Positions 25,991 through 37,251 of a stretch of DNA of 64,000 nt are shown one piece after another. This stretch comes from Octopus sinensis (taxonomy: Eukaryota). Position numbers and translations under genes: made by a program. Within the stretch, counting starts at the first letter, position 1; each line of letters opens with the position of its first letter. The notes below the pieces were generated by a model that saw nothing but the letters and a program-made list of their open reading frames with translations, did not search any database and was not told where the DNA came from. Where the stretch lies: contig NC_043001.1 in assembly GCF_006345805.1 (NCBI RefSeq), positions 127,968,001-128,032,000 on the forward strand, written 5' to 3'.

Positions 25991-27249
25991 TTGGGTCATC
26001 CCATATACAAAGTGGTTTTTTAATACTTTTATGTTTCAAAATTAAGATAAACAAAGTTCCTTTTTAATCTAAAATATACTCTCCTTCATTTTCTACAATG
26101 TTCTTCCATCTATCTTGTGGACTTGCAAGGCCCTTCTTCCAAACTTCGCTTGTCTGTGATGAAAAATACTCCTCCAGTACTGTTCTGACCTCGTCTACAG
26201 AATTCATATTTTTTTCTGTCCAAATGATTTTGATGACTTGAGGAATAAATAATTAGGTGGGGCAATGTCCAGTGAATATGGTAGTTGGGGCATCGTTTCC
26301 CATTCAAACTGCTCTAGCTTTTGGAATGTCATCTTCGCTATGTGTAGCCGAGCATTAACCTGATGGAAGAATACCTTTCATCTTGAAACCAAAGATAATC
26401 ATTTTTTTCTTCTACTGTTGACTTAAACTGCTCAAGTTGCTTGAAGTAGACTCCTTTGTTATCGTTTGGTTTTGGTTAAAAAGCTCAAAGTGGACTAAAC
26501 CTTATATATCCCACCAAACAGATAACAACACCTTACATAGGTGAAGATCTTCTTTAGCCTGGTGTGCCCCTGTTTCTCCTTTCCCTACCCAGTCTCTTTG
26601 GTGCTTGACATTTTTATAGAGAACCCATTTTTCATCATCAGTCACTATTCGGTCCAAAAAAGGTTCATTTGTGAGATATGATAGCACAGAAGAGCACACA
26701 TTCATTCTTTGTACATGATTAGCCTAGGAAAGTTTGTGAAGAACCCATTGACTCAATTTACTGACTTTTCCGATGGCATGCAGGTGTTGATAAATGGTTG
26801 AATGACCAAATCTAAGCTTCTCTGCTAGTTCCTCAACAGTTTGCAGGACATCCTCGTCGAGCTCTACAGATCTTCCAGGACAAGGCTTGTCTTCAAGGCT
26901 GTAGTTTCTGGCTCAGAATTTCTGGAACCACCGTTGACACTGGCTTATGCTTATTGTCCAATCTCCATATACTGCATTAATATTCCTCACAGTTTTCGTT
27001 GCATTGTTGCCTTTATTGAACTCGTAAAGCAAAATATACCAAATATACTCCTTTGTCACTTCCATTATAGCTTTTGAAAAAATTAGTGTTAAAATTGAAT
27101 TGCACTCTTCAAAACTTGCACTAAGAATAAGGACAAGGTAAAATTACTACCTGCTTTTATAGCAAGTTGATGCAGGTAGTTTATCCTGTCCCCCTCCGAC
27201 TTTTAGTTCATGGAATTGAAAAAACTACATTATTCATGGGATGACCCGA
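25991..27249 (-). mobile_element. Full-length decayed mariner transposon (1259 bp)
   Basis: TIRs ttgggtcatcccat../..atgggatgacccga with TA on both sides; transposase remnant FLDRIVTDDEKWVLYKN..KVLLSVWWD (26502-26705); frames broken. Confidence 0.92.
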
Positions 27250-27311
27250 TATTTTCTTGTAGAGATATATATATGTATGTATGTATATATGTAGATATAT
27301 ATATATGTATG

Positions 27312-27353
<42 letters not shown>

Positions 27354-27665
27354 TAAGATATCACATTCTTTTTTTCATCAGTAAAGCAATTTCTGTATTT
27401 TTTAAATATTTCCTAATCTTTTTTTTTTTTGTTACGTCTACAAAGCCTACCTTTTAGTACTTAGGGTTTTTAAAACTTTCTTACAGGGTATCTACTTTGG
27501 TGAATTTTGGCTAAATAGTTAAAAATTAATATTTCTGTTGCAAATCTAATTAAAGACATCTGTCTTCATCAATGGTCTTTCTTAGTTTTTTTTTTTTCTA
27601 TAATATATTTGAGTAAATTTCAAAATGAGAACTTATGCATAACTTTATGTTGAAAAAAAAAAGAC

Positions 27666-30260
27666 ATGCAAACATTAAAAAATCTTATGTGTACTTTTCA
27701 AGCCCAATTTTTTATTGGCAGTGGAAATTGGGAAATGATTAATGACGAGCGATGTCGAGAAGTGACTCAAGAAGACTATGGTAGTGCCTGGAAACAACAT
27801 GATGGAGACACAACATCAATTGTACTGCATCCATGGCCTCATGGTAACAACTTTCAAGAACAGCAGCCACATTCCCATCAAGTGCTACAGAAAAATAAAC
27901 ATGCTGGTCTTGCGAACACTTCTAATTTGTCAATTATTGGTGGTGTTCTTGACAGTACACTATCAGGACACAACAACCCAGGTATTTCTCATCCTTCGCT
28001 TCAACATTATCATTCAGAACAAGAAAAGCAACAGTCTCAATTTACTGAGAATCACATTCAGGTGCAAGATGGTTCTGTACGGCATTTTGGTGATCAAACT
28101 CAAATATACAATACCTATAATGTTGATGTCAAATCCCAGACTCATATCTCAAATAACCAAACTGATCCCAACCAATCTTCCCAACCATGTCATCTACAGC
28201 AATACACTGACTTAAATCACACTCAGTCTCAACCAAACGGTTCTTCGTTTGGTGCTTCTAAAGTAAAATATTATTACCCTGCAAGCTTTGGTAAAGAAGG
28301 TATTTTAGAGGTTGAAAGGGCTTTGCAACCTGTTCCTCCCGAAGAAGTACTGACTCAAGGTTTCCGCATAAATATAAAGCGATGTGATATGGCTACTTTA
28401 GTTGGGGCCAACTGGCTCAATGATGAAATCATCAATTTTTACATGAATATTATTGTTCAAAGAAGTAAAATAGATGGCTATCCTTCAGTCTACATTCCAA
28501 GCACATTCTTCTTTCCCATGGTTATGAAACGAGGCTATAATGGTGTAAGGCGGTGGACCAAAAATGTAGACATATTTGATCATGATTTAATGCTGATACC
28601 AATTCATTTGGAGAGTGAAAATCATTGGACTCTCATAGCTGTTGATTTCCTTCAGTCTAGTATCTGCTATTATGACAGTTATTTACAAGACAGGGATGAT
28701 GCTATGGATGCAATTCTTAATTATTTGAGAGAAGAAATGAAAACCAAAAAGAATATTGAAATGGACACCAACTGTTGGGTGAAAGTGAATATGAAGAATA
28801 TACCACTTCAAGAAAACATGTCTGATTGTGGTGTCTTCAGTTGTATTTATGCCGAGTACATCAGCCGAGGAGACAAAATGGATTTTACTCAAGAAGATAT
28901 GCCCTATTTCCGACGGAAAATGGTTTATGAAATTCTTAATCATAAAATAGTTAATCACAGTCCAAGGGATCTTGAGAATATGATTTCTGATGACCTTTTA
29001 GACGATATTACTTCCGCAAATGAAAATGGTCATATTCTGACACCAGATATTGCCACAGCCGTGATCCAAAATGGTCTACCTGACAATTTCCAGGGTCCTA
29101 CAAAGGTTAGTGAGGAGGCTATGGGCTTAGCTGCTGTTTCAAAAGACACAGAAGGAGTCAGAGACGTTGAAAAGACCCAGAATGGTTCTACAGGTGGAGA
29201 AATGGAAGAAAAGGCTTCACCTGCAGAAGCAGGTGAAGAAACTAGTAGAAAACATAAAACCAATTTGATCTCTGAAATTAAAAGAATTGTCAGTCTCTTT
29301 GATGATGTCAGTGAGGAAAAGAGAAATCTACTTGAGAGTCAACTCTTTCAGTTGCTCAGAGAAAATCTGCAGAATTCTAACCAGAAAGCCAAGAAATTTA
29401 AAATCAGGCATAATGATCTTGCAAGCATAATGTCAGTGATTGAAAAGCATTCAGGGGAAAATTCTGAGAGTGATGAATTAAATAGTGTCAGTGATGACAG
29501 TGCCAGTAGTAGTACTGTCAGCAGTAGTTCTAGAACTACCACCAGTAGTACTGTTTCAAGTGATAAAGGAATAAAAAGCTCTGATGACACTGAAGTTTCA
29601 AGCCTTTCTGATAATTCAGAAGAGTCAGGTTTGTTTAATATTATGAAGGAAATGGAGAAAATGTTTCTTTCTTTGGCTGCTTTTGTACGAATTATTTGCA
29701 AAACTGACCAAGAACTGTTGAAAGGCAAAGCGGGAGAAGCGTCCAGTCGATCAAATTCTGTGATAAAAGGGATTAGCTACATTACGTCTAAACTAGAAAA
29801 CATAAACCAAAGGTTGAAGAGTCAATCTATTCTGAAAACTGCTGCACAGCAACACATGACATCTCAGCATGACAGAAAAACATCCAAAAAATGTATGTCG
29901 CAACGTTTAGTGATCCAGAAAAAATCGAGGAGAAATGAAAGGGACATTATGAAAACCAAACATTGTTTGAGAAATAGCGTTACATTTTCAAACCAAGTTG
30001 GCAGTGAGGAGGACATCTCCAATGATGAAACTACTGAAGCAAGACTTTTTACCAGTGCAGCAAAAAACCTTGGCATCAGTCTTGAAAGTGGAGCTTATTT
30101 GAAAAAGCTTCACTTACGAAAAAACTTATTGAAAAAATTTCCATTGCCAGCAGATGTATTTGATTTGAATTGCCAGTTGCAGGACAAAGCTCACAAGCAA
30201 CATGCATTCAAAAGCATGGTGCGGTCAGATCATTGTAAAAAAGGAAAAAAGAAAAAGTAA
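27666..30260 (+). CDS. Intronless SENP1-like SUMO protease (Ulp1/peptidase C48) ORF nested in the NOL9 intron; true 5' boundary probably a splice acceptor at 27702 or 27721
   Basis: 864 open codons; domain 28362-28949 has WLNDEIINFYM, VRRWTKNVDIF, PIHL..NHW (His 28623), YYDS (Asp 28674), QENMSDCG (Gln 28809, Cys 28827) and FTQEDMPYFRRKMVYEIL; triad spacing as in SENP1. Confidence 0.93.
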   Translation: MQTLKNLMCTFQAQFFIGSGNWEMINDERCREVTQEDYGSAWKQHDGDTTSIVLHPWPHGNNFQEQQPHSHQVLQKNKHAGLANTSNLSIIGGVLDSTLSGHNNPGISHPSLQHYHSEQEKQQSQFTENHIQVQDGSVRHFGDQTQIYNTYNVDVKSQTHISNNQTDPNQSSQPCHLQQYTDLNHTQSQPNGSSFGASKVKYYYPASFGKEGILEVERALQPVPPEEVLTQGFRINIKRCDMATLVGANWLNDEIINFYMNIIVQRSKIDGYPSVYIPSTFFFPMVMKRGYNGVRRWTKNVDIFDHDLMLIPIHLESENHWTLIAVDFLQSSICYYDSYLQDRDDAMDAILNYLREEMKTKKNIEMDTNCWVKVNMKNIPLQENMSDCGVFSCIYAEYISRGDKMDFTQEDMPYFRRKMVYEILNHKIVNHSPRDLENMISDDLLDDITSANENGHILTPDIATAVIQNGLPDNFQGPTKVSEEAMGLAAVSKDTEGVRDVEKTQNGSTGGEMEEKASPAEAGEETSRKHKTNLISEIKRIVSLFDDVSEEKRNLLESQLFQLLRENLQNSNQKAKKFKIRHNDLASIMSVIEKHSGENSESDELNSVSDDSASSSTVSSSSRTTTSSTVSSDKGIKSSDDTEVSSLSDNSEESGLFNIMKEMEKMFLSLAAFVRIICKTDQELLKGKAGEASSRSNSVIKGISYITSKLENINQRLKSQSILKTAAQQHMTSQHDRKTSKKCMSQRLVIQKKSRRNERDIMKTKHCLRNSVTFSNQVGSEEDISNDETTEARLFTSAAKNLGISLESGAYLKKLHLRKNLLKKFPLPADVFDLNCQLQDKAHKQHAFKSMVRSDHCKKGKKKK

Positions 30261-31019
30261 ACTCTTACACACTCACAAAAAAAAAAAAAAGAAAGAAAAA
30301 AATATCATTTACCTGTCTGTCTACCTTTCTATCATCTGATTTTTCAAATTTTCATTGAGTTACTTTCTCATACTTCATTAATAGGCATACAGAAACACAC
30401 ATATACATATGCATGCATGCATACATACGTAAATACCTGTCAGCATCTTTTATACCTTGCAATCAACTAAATTGCTTATGATAATCTGAAAATACAGCAA
30501 AAGATGTACACAAGTAGTCTAGGTCTGTTCATTTTTATACATGCAGAATTGGAAAACAAAATGAGCAGCTTTAAAATCATTTCAAAGCTCTTTAAATTCA
30601 ATGTTAGTTTTGTCTGTTTTCTCTCTCTCCTATGTCCCATTACCACTGCCTCCGTCGCTGCTGTCGACCAGCAAGATCAACACTTACCACCATTACTCCT
30701 TTCCTTCCACTGTCAGCAACTCTTTGATTTCTTCGTCTTGTTTTGCTCATGAAACCCATCTCTGCTGCTATTGTTGCAATGACATACTGTTCTCTGTTGA
30801 GTTCTTTGTAACAATCAAACCATTAAGCCCACTAAGACAGACATTGTAGGGAAATGTAAAAGATCTGTACCACGTCTCTTTCGTCGTTTGATGCAAAATG
30901 CATGGTAGTTTCTCTTACTCCAAAGACCATTGATGAAACAAAGTCAACTAGATGCTTTTTGATTGGCATATTGTTCATTTACTTTTCATTTATCCGAAAC
31001 TTTTTTTTTTTTGATTCCC

Positions 31020-32435
31020 TCTCTGATAGAAAGTTTTTAGTTAAAGAATGTACTATGAAAAAAGGCTGAATTTCAAATCAGGACACCCACAAAATTTGGA
31101 TTTCTCCATTTTGATGAGGAGATTATTATTATTATCATATTTTAAAAATCACTATAGCCTTTAAAATGATGTGCTTTTTATGAAAAAAAATTTTGAAAAT
31201 TTATGCTTTTTCCATCACCCCTTCACTACTTCTATCCAAACAGGTTTTGACCAATCTTTTTTGCACTACACACTTAAAAACAAAGGAAGAAGCCTTTTTG
31301 GTAAAAAGTGGTTTAAGGAAGATTTAGCATTTGTTTCTAGCACACCCTACGACTACCTGGTACCTTACTTGTTTCACCTTGACACCATGTGTGTGTGTGA
31401 GAAAAAGTATATTTACCAAAAATAAAAAAGTTTAATGAAAAACAAAAATTTTGAAAATTTAATTTTTTTCAATCCTTCCCTCCATTTGTTTTCTGCTTAT
31501 AATTTTGAAATATTGGAGAGCCTGAGAAGGCCATTGCTGGGATTTATCCACAGTGATTAAAAAAAGGTGTGTAGTTTTAAGGGCGATATAGCTGTTTCTA
31601 GCACATCGTACAAACTTTTTGGCATCTTCCTCATTTCTTTGCCATTCTGATATGTATTGATGTTTTTCAATATTTTTGTACCCATAGACATTTTATAGTA
31701 TGGTGATCCATTTCTGGGATTTAAGCAACAAAATAATTTGTAATTTAAATTTTTATTGCAGCCCTCTTCCACCCTGCACCAAGCAAGTTTGCATGTGTAA
31801 GGAAAGACTTTTGCTAACAGAAAAGAATGTTATTAAAATAAATTCTTTTACATACCCTTTTTTTTTTTTTAAATCACTGGATAAATCCCAGCAATGATCT
31901 TTTCAGGCTCTCCAATATTTTGAATTGATAAACAGAAACAAACAAGGGCGTTGAAAAAAAATTATTAATTTTCAAACGTTTTTTTCTTTTAATAACAGAC
32001 TTTTCTGTTCTTAAATGCTTTTTCTTACATGTAATTTCGCTTGGCGCTAAGCTTGGGTGGAGAAGAAATGAGGAAGGTATCGGTGGGTTGTAGGGTGTAC
32101 TAAAAACAACTAAATCTCTTAATTCATACACCTTTTCTTCTGGAATTTTTTTTTTTTTTTTCAAACTGAAAAGTCTCCTCCCATTGTCTTAAAGTGTGCA
32201 ATGCCAAAAAAAAAAATTTGACCAAAATCAGTTTGATTGTGGAAAGAAAGTGGGTATGAGGAAAACCATAAATTTTCAAAAAAAAAAAAATTAAGGCTGT
32301 GGTGAAAAAAGAAATTTAGAAAAATCACTGTCAAAACAGAAGATCCAACTTAGGTGGGTGTCCTGATTCGTAACTCTGCTGAAAAAAATAAATTTAGGGA
32401 AAGCATTTTGATTAAAAGTATGTATAACAGAAAAA
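31020..32435. mobile_element. Foldback-like non-autonomous element with ~0.5-kb imperfect inverted arms
   Basis: aatcaggacacccac (~31077) vs gtgggtgtcctgatt (~32354); cattgctgggatttatcca vs tggataaatcccagcaatg; caccctac vs gtagggtg; boundaries approximate. Confidence 0.75.
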
Positions 32436-32690
32436 AATGAGAGGTTATGGATTAGGTTATAAGGAAGCATACATACTCAATGAAGAAATAATAAATGTTT
32501 TTCTTTTTTTTTTTTTTATTTTCATTTGTTGTCTGCAATTGGAAGTCTTGCTCTGCTTTCTTGAGTTCTACATTATCAATTACTTCATTTCTTCATATTT
32601 CTTATGCTTCTTACCACATTGTCAATTCAATTCAGTTATTTCTGTGTTGCCTCTTGTTATTTATTTGTTTTTTTTTCTCTTTTTTTTTTA

Positions 32691-32752
32691 AATACATACA
32701 ACAAATAAAGTTATTTTCATGTTAATGTCTGATGCAAATGACTTTTACTACT
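32691..32752. repeat. 62-bp direct repeat, copy 1 (copy 2 at 33726-33787), each preceded by poly-T
   Basis: aatacatacaacaaataaagttattttca(t/c)gttaatgtctgatgcaaatgacttttactact, 1 mismatch. Confidence 0.9.
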
Positions 32753-33173
32753 GTCTATATCGCCATACTATAATGTCCAGTATATTTATTACATATCAAG
32801 AACATGAATTATATGTAGTGAGAATGCTAGATGTGAAAACTTGATTAAAAGAGAGAAACTGTTGCCTTAGATGGACACATGGCTCTGTCTATATGATGTT
32901 CCTTATCTGGAGAAAATATGGTATTTAAGCTTTTTATGAAGAATTGCTGAATTTCAGGCTGCGACTCAGAGGTTTTCTCTGTATTAAATAGATATAACCA
33001 CTGTAAACTGGCATTCAAATATCTTAGCTGCATGATCAGTTGATCAAACTTACCTGTGGACTGTATGTTGTTGACACAAGCCATCACCATTTCTCTTGAA
33101 TTCCAAATCTAACACCGTCTTCATTTTTCAGCTGTGCCAGTACTAAGAGCTGTATAACTAGTTCCAGTCGTCT

Positions 33174-33398
33174 TTAACCCTTTAGCATACAGATTACTCT
33201 GTCAGATGTAATGTTTATTTATTCAGTGTTTTGAATTAATCATGCATTATCTCATAGCTTTGAGGTTTTGATAATGTGATTGCTTATTTTTAGAATGACG
33301 TTGTAGGGTAGGTGTGAGAAACTTGATCTGGATGGTTTGGAAATAAAACAATAGAATATTTGGGCCAGATAAAGCCAGTTTAGATGCAAAAGGGTTAA
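33174..33398. mobile_element. ~225-bp TTAA MITE (piggyBac-like)
   Basis: TTAAccctttagcat ... atgcaaaagggTTAA; same interior as 52069 and 55293. Confidence 0.85.
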
Positions 33399-35109
33399 AT
33401 GAAGGCTAAACAGTTGTGTGACTGGACTGTACCCATGAGATTTTGTTGATCTATATAAATTTTAACTCTCCTGTTAAAACTGATACATTCTTTACAGCTT
33501 GTTGGTCTGAAAGAAAATGTGTGTTAATGAAGAGTAGTAACAATAATAATACAATCTTTGTACTGTGTTGATCAACTGCTCATTGTTTTGCACATATTTT
33601 ATTCATCCATCCATTTATTATGTTAGTCTACTATGTGAACAATGTATTAATCCAAAATACAATTCTGAGAAAGTATTTATTAAGGACAAATCAGAGAATT
33701 TTTTCGTTTTTTTTTTTTTTTTTTCAATACATACAACAAATAAAGTTATTTTCACGTTAATGTCTGATGCAAATGACTTTTACTACTAAATTGTATTTAG
33801 GTAGCTTTGAGAGAGCAACAGGTGTTTTGCTCAAAGATAATTAAGGGACTTTCATCCGTACTTTAATCTGAACATTGTATACCATGAAAACTACAAATCT
33901 TTTTATTATGTAGCTGTAAAACCTGAAAATAAGTTGTCAGGGCAGTAATAATACTTCATTTACAGTCTTTACAAATGTTGGGGCTACAAAATATGCTATA
34001 ATTTCTCATTGCACCTAACCAAAACTGCATTACAGAGGTTAGGGTGTCTCTTCAAAGCCATGAAATATGTAATCTCTGAATAGCTGTCATGCTTTTCCTA
34101 AACAACAAATGCATACTATCATACATTTAGATCAGAGCATCTTTGTCCGTTCATGCAATCACTCCAGTCTCAAAAAGAGAGGAGTTGAGAACACAACAGA
34201 TTTGAAAATTAATGCACCTCAATTTGTTTGCTTTTCTTTTTTTGTTAATGCCTGGACAGAGGAGCTATGTACATTGCCTGTGCAAACCCTCTAAAACTGG
34301 TAAGATGTTCCTATTAGCTATGTGAAAGTTGTGGATGCAAGAGGGTTGATATATGGAGGAAGACTCGGGTGTGGTAGTGCAGGTTCTGGTAAGATGTGGG
34401 GGATTTTTTCTGTTGCTGTCACAATCTTTGAAGATTGAAAATCAAATGAAAATTTTCAAATTTGGTATATTGATATAATTTTTCATGTTGAATCTGATGT
34501 TATTCACTTGTTCCTTAAAATTGTTTAGAAAAATGTTACAGAGGTTTAAAGTTTTATTTTTACCCAATCAGAAAACAGGATTTGGAAGTTGGCATTTTGT
34601 GCATGATAGCTGTCTAGTACATTACGATGACAATGAAAGCAATATATTACCATGACAAAAATTGTAAGAAGTTTTGAAATTTTAATAAGTTTAAATGAAT
34701 AAAGTTATGTGAAATGTTGGAACAGGCAGTGTAGAGGGAAAAATCCTCAATGAAATTTTTTTGCAAAAAAAAAAAAAAAAACCTGTTAAATTGCCACAAA
34801 AAAAGAGACAAAAAAAAAACCTGTTACACTACTGTACTTCAGGTCATGTAAACAATACATTTTGTTACAAAAATTTGAAAACGAAAGTTTGCGATAGACT
34901 AGGAGTTACCCAAAGAAATAATTTTCATATCTGCTGCATCATAAACTCTGGTGGGTCCCACATTGTTATTCATTTTATACTAACCCATGTGCTTTACACT
35001 TGTTGTGTATGGGGACCATCAATTTTGGGAGTGTGAGAGTAGGCCCTCCACAAGTTACAGAAAGTTGTTGTTCCTGGAAGAATCGATTGACATATGCATT
35101 TCCCTAGTG

Positions 35110-35385
35110 CAGTGGCTCTCAACTAGGGTCCACATAGTCCCAGAATTTCCATGAGATTTTGGGGTTCCATGCAACAAAATAGTAAATTGGAGCTCCATAA
35201 GAGTATTTTTAAGGGCTCCTGAAAAAATTTGCTTTAGATGTATGTATTGCAAAAAACAGCTCGGTTTCTTTCTCTAACACATTACATAGTTCAAGGAAAT
35301 TTCTTTAAAACTAGTTTTTTAAACATTGAATAGTTATGGGGTTCCACCAGAATATAATAGAAATCAAAGGGGTCCATAGGTCAGA
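35110..35385. mobile_element. hAT-like non-autonomous fragment
   Basis: Begins cagtggctctcaac, a hAT-type terminus; repeated gggtcc motifs; right end not resolved. Confidence 0.45.
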
Positions 35386-35606
35386 AATGTCCTCATATAT
35401 GTGCTCAAGTGCATGAATATTATGTTGGTGAGCACAGTAGTGCTAACGTTGACATGATGACTGGCTATTCTGCATTTTTGAAGACTTGTTGAATATATTA
35501 CCTAGGAAATGGTGAGAGAAAGAACATCTGGTTGTAAAATCCTGCCTCAAAATCTGTTCTCATCCAAGCCATGCTTGGAACAAGCATGGAACAATATATA
35601 TATATA

Positions 35607-36008
35607 GGAGTGGTTGTGTGGTAAGTAGCTTGTTTACCAACCACATGGTTCTGGGTTCAGTCCCACTGCGTGGTACCTTGGGCAAGTGTCTTCTACTATA
35701 GCCTCGGGCTGACCAAAGCCTTGTGAGTGGATTTGGTAGATGGAAACTGAAAGAAGCCCGTCATATATATATGTATATATATATATATATGTGTGTGTGT
35801 GTCTGTATTTGTCCCCCTAGCATTGCTTGACAACCGATGCTGGTGTGTTTACGTCCCCGTTACTTAGCGGTTTGGCAAAAGAGACCAATAGAATAAGTAC
35901 TGGGCTTACAAAAGAACAAGTCCCGGGTTCGAGTTGCTCGATTAAAGGCGGTGCTCCAGCATGGCCGCAGTCAAATAACTGAAACAAGTAAAAGAGTAAA
36001 AAAGAGAG
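35607..36008 (+). mobile_element. tRNA-derived CORE-type SINE (family A), full length
   Basis: Same sequence as 14679-15060 in opposite orientation, with internal (TA)/(TG) tract. Confidence 0.9.
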
Positions 36009-36525
36009 TATATATATATATATATTAGAAATAGAGAATGCACAAACAAAACGTGGTATCACTTTAGAGCATTTAATTTGTAATCTAAATATAGTACTGA
36101 GTAATTACAATAAATATGTAAAGTCTCTTACAGCAGGTTCTAGAATAGCCAAGTGTGTAGAATATATGTTATTGAGCAAGGATTTCTATGTAAGCTAACT
36201 ATTCTGTCATTGGTGAGAGAGGGAGAGAGTGATAATGAATATCCTTAATCAAGGATATTTGTAGTTACCAAATTGTTGAAGAACTATCTTAAACTCAGTA
36301 AGGATTTCATAAATTCTTCAATCATGGAACTACCAACTACTATAATCTTTATACTTAGATCTTCAATTTGGTAACTACTAATGTCCTTAATTAAGGATAT
36401 TCTCTATTTCTCTCTTTCTCTCTGATGACAGTATAGTTAGCTTACATGAAAATCCTTGCTCAATAACATGTTTAGCTATTCTAGAAACTGCAGTAAGGGA
36501 CTTTACATTTTTTCTATAACTACAA

Positions 36526-36775
36526 TCATCATCATCATCATCATTTAGCGTCCGTTTTCCATGCTAGCATGGGTTGGACGGTTTAATTAGGGTCTGTGAA
36601 GCCGGAAGGCTTCATCAGGCCCAGTCAGATTTGGCAGTGTTTCTACGGCTGGATGCCCTTCCTAACGCCAACCACTCCGTGAGTGTAGTGGGTGCTTTTT
36701 ACGTGCCAGACGGATCTGGCAAACGGCCACGAACGGATGGTGTTTTTACGTGCCACCGGCACGGGGGCCAGGCGA
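36526..36775 (-). mobile_element. V-domain SINE (family C)
   Basis: (cat)n tail and core near-identical to 25478 copy. Confidence 0.88.
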
Positions 36776-37217
36776 CAATGTACTGTTTAAATTATAAATT
36801 AAATCCTGTAAAGTGATACCACATGTTTTGCTTGCTTATTCTCTATTTCTAAGATATATCTGTCTGCCCTGCAATGATCTACATCTGACCATCCTTGAAA
36901 AGCTGCCTTGACACCAACTTTCATTCTGTTGCAGTTCAAGCTGAAGTTTTAGTGGAAAACCAAACTGAGCACTTAAAGTACATATTACATTACTTTATTA
37001 GAAGGTGGTGTCCCAGCATGGCCGCGGCCTTCGGGCTAAAACATTTTTAAGGATAGATATATATATATATATATATAATAAATTGCTAGCAAGGACACGG
37101 TACTTCATTTTATAAACATAATATACTACCAAGTATATTAAAGGTTTACGTGTTAATATGGTCTTTTTATGATAGTATTACAATGCTTTCATTTTAACGT
37201 TTATAAATTTTCTATAG

Positions 37218-37251
37218 AATTCAGAGCCAGCACTTCAAATTATGGCATTTT
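37218..37251 (+). CDS. NOL9: Probable NOL9 microexon (FRASTSNYGI in phase 1 to 2)
   Basis: Acceptor aaattttctatAG, donor TT|GTAAGT; 34 nt; complements 15273-15313 to keep the frame into 42929. Confidence 0.5.

Noticed and set aside
27778-29728. Overlapping ORFs 27778-28215(+), 28683-28958(-), 29030-29263(-) and 29348-29728(-)
   Set aside because: Alternative-frame or antisense shadows of the SENP ORF with no recognisable motifs
27666-30260. Ulp1 domain as cargo of a Zisupton/Mutator-type transposon
   Set aside because: No transposase, SWIM or zinc-finger motifs and no TIRs around the ORF; the domain closely follows cellular SENP1 motifs
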